Shown here one piece after another: positions 59,855 to 64,000 of a DNA stretch of 64,000 bases. A program made the translations under genes and the position numbers. Under the pieces are notes generated by a model that had not been told where the DNA came from, made no database searches, and saw only the letters and a program-made list of their open reading frames with translations. The stretch covers positions 334 through 64,333 of the forward strand of contig JBDNHJ010000047.1 in assembly GCA_041688835.1 (NCBI GenBank). The letters run 5' to 3'. This DNA is from Fuerstiella sp. Its GTDB lineage: Bacteria > Planctomycetota > Planctomycetia > Planctomycetales > Planctomycetaceae. Each line of letters opens with the position of its first letter. The stretch's first letter is position 1.

Positions 59855-60775
59855 TCAACGGCACTGTGCCAGAATCTGCTGCGCTGGGTCGATACCGGTC
59901 TGCTGCTTCCAATAGTCTCTGATCGCTGGCAACACGGATTCTTTAGCGTCGGCTTCAAGCTGCACGTCAAACTGCACCCCGCCGATGGACTTCACTGGCA
60001 GCACGCCGACCGGTGTCGACGACACAAACGCCTGCTGCATCCTTGGAATATCGTCGATGTGCAGATCGCCCGTTCGAAACGCAAGACCCGCCGCGTCGGC
60101 CGCAGCCTGCACCATGTTTCGGCTCAGGCTATGCAGCACATTCCGTTCGGGAGTGATGATTTCGTTGTCGATGACAGCGTAGAAGCAGGCGGTGCTGGTT
60201 TCCGTAAGATAACCATCGGAATCTGTCAGCAGGGCGCGACTGCCAGATTCGATCGCATGGGCTTCGCGATCGGCCAGCCACCAATGCAGGCGGTTTCTGG
60301 TTTTCAGATGCACGGGTAGACAGTCGGTTTGAATTTGGTGCCGCTGCGGAATCTGCAACCGCACGCCGTCGCGAATGGCGGTTTTCCAAACAGAAAATGG
60401 CAGCGGAAAGGTGTGGATGCCCACCGTGGGGCCCGGCAAATCGCCGTCGCCAAGGTACGTTCGGTTGGCTCCAGCAGTGACGAACATCACGATTCCCAGG
60501 TCCGCATTGGCATCGATTAACGACACATTGCCGGCGACCAGAGCTTCCGCAGCGGCCAGCATGTCGCCTGCGGAATACGGTGTTTCGAAGCCGATTTCGG
60601 CACAGGACGACAACAGTCTGTGCAAATGTTGCGGCAAGCGAAACGGGCGATGTTGAAAGGTGCGCGCCATTTCCGTGATGCTGGCCCCCGCCACCACACC
60701 CAGATCCCAAGCCGGAACGTGCATTTGCGAAAACGTGCAGACGGCACCATTCATCCAGCCCTGTGGTTCCTGCAT
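59855..60775 (-). CDS. PLP aminotransferase class IV (IlvE/Dat/PabC-like)
   Basis: 'EMARTF...FRLPQHLHRL', PLP Lys 'HLKTRNR', 'DGYLTET', 'AFVSST'. Confidence 0.85.
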   Translation of the reverse strand: MQEPQGWMNGAVCTFSQMHVPAWDLGVVAGASITEMARTFQHRPFRLPQHLHRLLSSCAEIGFETPYSAGDMLAAAEALVAGNVSLIDANADLGIVMFVTAGANRTYLGDGDLPGPTVGIHTFPLPFSVWKTAIRDGVRLQIPQRHQIQTDCLPVHLKTRNRLHWWLADREAHAIESGSRALLTDSDGYLTETSTACFYAVIDNEIITPERNVLHSLSRNMVQAAADAAGLAFRTGDLHIDDIPRMQQAFVSSTPVGVLPVKSIGGVQFDVQLEADAKESVLPAIRDYWKQQTGIDPAQQILAQCR

Positions 60776-60942
60776 TCTGAATTTTCCCTGTTCTTCCCGC
60801 GTTGGAATTCGTATTTTGCAGTGTCCAGTCGTCACTCGACCCGAACCGCCTGTTTGATGTACTCTATTGACACAAACCAATTCTGTTGAGTTTCCTCAAT
60901 GATATTGGTTCCCGCCAACGTTATTCCATCTTGGAGTCTGCC

Positions 60943-62388
60943 ATGCCTGAAATTTATCGCCGCTTGCTATGTCTGCTGACCGTTGTATCACTGTTCAGCG
61001 TGACTGCGGTGCGTGCTGAGGACGAACCCGTCAACAAAGAAATCAGCGATTACGAACTGATGTCGGTGTTTGTGGAGGCGTTTGAGCAGATCGAATCCAA
61101 CTATGTGCGCGATGTCGATCGTCGCGAATTGCTAGAAGCGGCCGTCAACGGCATGGTCGAACATCTCGACCAGTATTCGAACTTCATTCCCCCTCGCAAA
61201 GTTTCGCAGTTCGATCAGATGCTGGAACAGGAATTCGGTGGGATCGGAATTCAAGTGAACAGTATCGATGGCCGGCTGATTGTGGTCAGCCCGCTGCCCG
61301 GAACACCCGCGTTTCGCGCGGGGATTCAGTCGGGCGATATTATTGTTGAGGTGGAAGGACAAAAGATGCGCGGCGTAACGCTCAGCGGTGCCGTGGAACT
61401 GCTGCAGGGCCCGGTCGGCCGTCCCGTGAATCTGAAAGTGCTGCATCCGGGCGTCAAACAACCCGAAGAGCTGACGCTGGTTCGGCAGCTGATTAAGGCG
61501 CCGACTGTGCGCGGCGTGCAGTATCGACCCGATGCGACATGGGAATATCTGTTGTCTGGTGAGCCGAGAATTGGCTACGTGCGGATTTCGCACTTTAGCC
61601 GCAACACGGCGGATGAACTGAAAGTCGCCATCGACCAATTGACGGGCGAAGGAATGCAAGGCTTGGTGCTCGACCTGCGAGGCAACCCGGGCGGATTGTT
61701 GGAAGTCGCGATTCAGATGTGCGACATGTTTTTGGAAGACGGCAACATCGTCAGTGTTCGAGGCCGCAATGTCCAAGAACGTTCGTGGGACGCTAGAAAA
61801 AATGGAGCGTTGCCGAATTTTCCGCTGGCGGTGCTGGTGAATAACTTCAGCGCTTCGGCCAGCGAAGTGTTCAGCGCTTGTATGCAGGACAACAAACGCG
61901 CTGTGGTGATCGGCGAACGAACGTGGGGCAAAGGCAGCGTGCAGAATGTGATTCGCATGGAAGAAGGCGACAGCGCCTTAAAGCTGACGACGGCCAGTTA
62001 CCATCGCCCGAGTGGTGTCAACATTCATCGCTTTCCCGATATGACCGCGGAAGACAAGTGGGGAGTCACTCCGGACGATGGCTTCCTGATTGCACTCAGC
62101 CTAGAAGAACGAATGACGCTCGGACGTCAACAACGGCGGCGAGATATCTTACAGCGCGTCGATGACGCAGAAGACAACACGGAAGAAGAAGTTGACGGTG
62201 AAGCCGCCAGCGACGAAGAAGATACGGACACTCAGGCAGACACCGAACAGCAGGTCGAAGATCGCCAGCTGACGGCCGCGATCGGGTACATCAAAGATCA
62301 GTTGCAGGGCCCAAAAGTGGCTGAAGCATCGGTGCCGCAAACTCAGGAAACAGACAAGCCAACGCCGGACGAAAAATCGGCAGAGTAG
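60943..62388 (+). CDS. ctpA: carboxyl-terminal processing protease (S41A, PDZ)
   Basis: 'FGGIGI', 'GTPAFRAGI', 'LDLRGNPGGLL', 'SASASEV', 'GERTWGKGSVQ'. Confidence 0.92.
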   Translation: MPEIYRRLLCLLTVVSLFSVTAVRAEDEPVNKEISDYELMSVFVEAFEQIESNYVRDVDRRELLEAAVNGMVEHLDQYSNFIPPRKVSQFDQMLEQEFGGIGIQVNSIDGRLIVVSPLPGTPAFRAGIQSGDIIVEVEGQKMRGVTLSGAVELLQGPVGRPVNLKVLHPGVKQPEELTLVRQLIKAPTVRGVQYRPDATWEYLLSGEPRIGYVRISHFSRNTADELKVAIDQLTGEGMQGLVLDLRGNPGGLLEVAIQMCDMFLEDGNIVSVRGRNVQERSWDARKNGALPNFPLAVLVNNFSASASEVFSACMQDNKRAVVIGERTWGKGSVQNVIRMEEGDSALKLTTASYHRPSGVNIHRFPDMTAEDKWGVTPDDGFLIALSLEERMTLGRQQRRRDILQRVDDAEDNTEEEVDGEAASDEEDTDTQADTEQQVEDRQLTAAIGYIKDQLQGPKVAEASVPQTQETDKPTPDEKSAE

Positions 62389-62418
62389 TCGTCTGCCGTT
62401 GGCCCGCAGAGAGAAAGA

Positions 62419-62730
62419 GTGATCCATCATGCAGCGAAAGTTTGGCACATGGTAACACGTCAGCCAAATGCAGCCGGCAATGGAAAACGGCTGGAATTAA
62501 GCAATCACTTCAAACCGCTGAAGTGCTGCGGCACATTGACAACGGACGACGGAGTTCATCAGCTCACTGATGTTTTTTGCGAGCTGTTCAACGGGTGTCT
62601 CGATGTCCACTTCGACTACGAAGGATGGCCCATTTGCGCCAAAGGCTGGTTAGCCGATCGAGCGACATGCCGTGGACTTGGCTTGTTCATCGGATGGTGG
62701 AAGCTGACCAAAGTCTCAGCGCAGCTGTAA
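62419..62730 (+). CDS. small hypothetical protein
   Basis: 103-aa ORF with AG-rich upstream sequence fills the gap between ctpA and the integrase remnant; no recognisable motif. Confidence 0.3.
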   Translation: MIHHAAKVWHMVTRQPNAAGNGKRLELSNHFKPLKCCGTLTTDDGVHQLTDVFCELFNGCLDVHFDYEGWPICAKGWLADRATCRGLGLFIGWWKLTKVSAQL

Positions 62731-62785
62731 CCCTGTCCCCCTGCGTCCAAAACAACAACCGCGTTTGCAACACACACCATAATCC

Positions 62786-63797
62786 TCAACAACAGCGTTC
62801 CAGAAACGTCTGCCCCAGTCGGCGTTGTAGCAGTTCACAGAAGTCAGCAGATTTTACTCGCTCACGCTGAGGCCCCGATAGCCACGCCAGCGATTCCGAC
62901 CACGCTTCCTCTGGCGGCAACTCCATGGCCACCCAGCCCGGTCGAGCCTCCCGAATCACGATACCAGATAGCTGCACCGGCGACTCGTTCAGGATCGTAA
63001 TCGTGGCCGTCGTTACCCGCTGCTCGCCGTCCTTTTCGATCGGCTGCATGTCAATCCGAAGTCGCCCCACAGGATTCACAGCCGCAGGCGCCGGTGCGGG
63101 CGATGGTTGTGGTGCCGTAGCTCCCTGCAACTGATCCAATGGACTGGAAATTGACGCCTGCTTCAAGACCGACACCTTGGTATAGATCGTCGTTGTCTCC
63201 AAGTTGGCATGCCCCAGCAGAGTTTGGATGAACCGTATATCCGTGCCGCTTTCCAGCAAATGCGTCGCAAAACTGTGCGGCAAAGAATGAGGCGTCGCAG
63301 GTTTGCTTAATCCCGCCATCACAACCGCACGGCTCACAACACGCTCAATCGTGCGGGGCGAAAGATGCCTCCGATCTTACCGCTGCCCTTCCGCCGGAAA
63401 CACATAACCATCGCCCGCTTGCTGCGACTGCTCTGTAACACGACAGCAAAGCTGCTGAGCACTTCGTAACAACGGAACAAGACAGTCTGGCAGTAAAACG
63501 TTGCTCGCGGACATCTTCGCGAGTGGCACTGTGAGGCGGACGAGCGAACCATTGCAGAAACCGCTGCAACGCGCTCGTGCAACTTTTGATGGTGTTGGGT
63601 TGGTAAAGTCGAAGCCGCAACTCACGCTTGATCAAATCGACAAATTCAACAGCCGTCACCTTCCCCGAAACCACAGAATGAGTCGGTTCAGCCTGATCTT
63701 GCAGCGATTCTGTGGGAGCCGAATTTCCAACCGCCGGCCGATACAACCGACCATCAGGACAGGTCTGCGGGTGGCGTTTTGCAGGAAAATCTTTCAT
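62786..63797 (-). pseudogene. inactivated tyrosine recombinase (integron-integrase/XerD-like)
   Basis: SAM-like N-terminus 'ELRLRLYQPNTIKS'; box II '[39 protein letters not shown]'; box I missing, frames broken, HxxR Arg replaced by Pro. Confidence 0.85.
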
Positions 63798-64000
63798 CGA
63801 AAGCCATTCTATAAAGCGGCCCGCTGATTTGAATGAGACTCACCCTGACTCCATGGGCCGTTCCACAGTTCGACTGTGTTTCGATTGAACACAGCCGCCC
63901 TACTGAGCTCAATCCAGTCACGCACATAAATCCCGAAGAGAGATGTACGGTTAGCTCAGGTTGTGCCTTGTGCGGTCTGGCAGGCCACTTGGCCCGGTAA

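Noticed and set aside
62395-62735. Small ORF as an integron cassette with attC
   Set aside because: A GTT precedes it but no RYYYAAC...GTTRRRY palindrome follows

Overview
This is a chromosomal window from a planctomycete. The taxonomy is inferred from an MtdC-type C1 dehydrogenase, PSD1/DUF1549-1553 and DUF1592 proteins, ExLExRxLL export motifs, a sulfatase/DUF1080 fusion and an ECF-Ser/Thr kinase pair. 0-22 kb holds housekeeping genes and secreted carbohydrate/sulfate-processing proteins, including a convergent pair with shared dockerin-like repeats and one cohesin-like domain. 23-30 kb is a TPR-TPR-exbB-exbD-exbD operon with no TonB. 32-42 kb is a nitrate-type ABC transporter (nrtABCD) with a sigma54-like promoter, followed by two triple-GAF proteins and a porin. 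44.6-55.8 kb is a decayed accessory region with many pseudogenes, an HNH remnant and a RAYT transposase remnant. 56-64 kb has an ECF sigma factor next to a kinase fused to an HlyD-like adaptor, an aminotransferase, CtpA and a dead tyrosine recombinase. Several families of REP/REPIN-like palindromes occur between genes. No rRNA, tRNA or CRISPR array was recognised. The best candidate for a new system is the nitrate operon's pair of triple-GAF proteins, one fused to a pseudo-receiver/LuxR regulator, whose motifs resemble the GAF region of plant NIN-like (NLP) nitrate sensors. All assignments come from motif recognition by eye; no searches were run.
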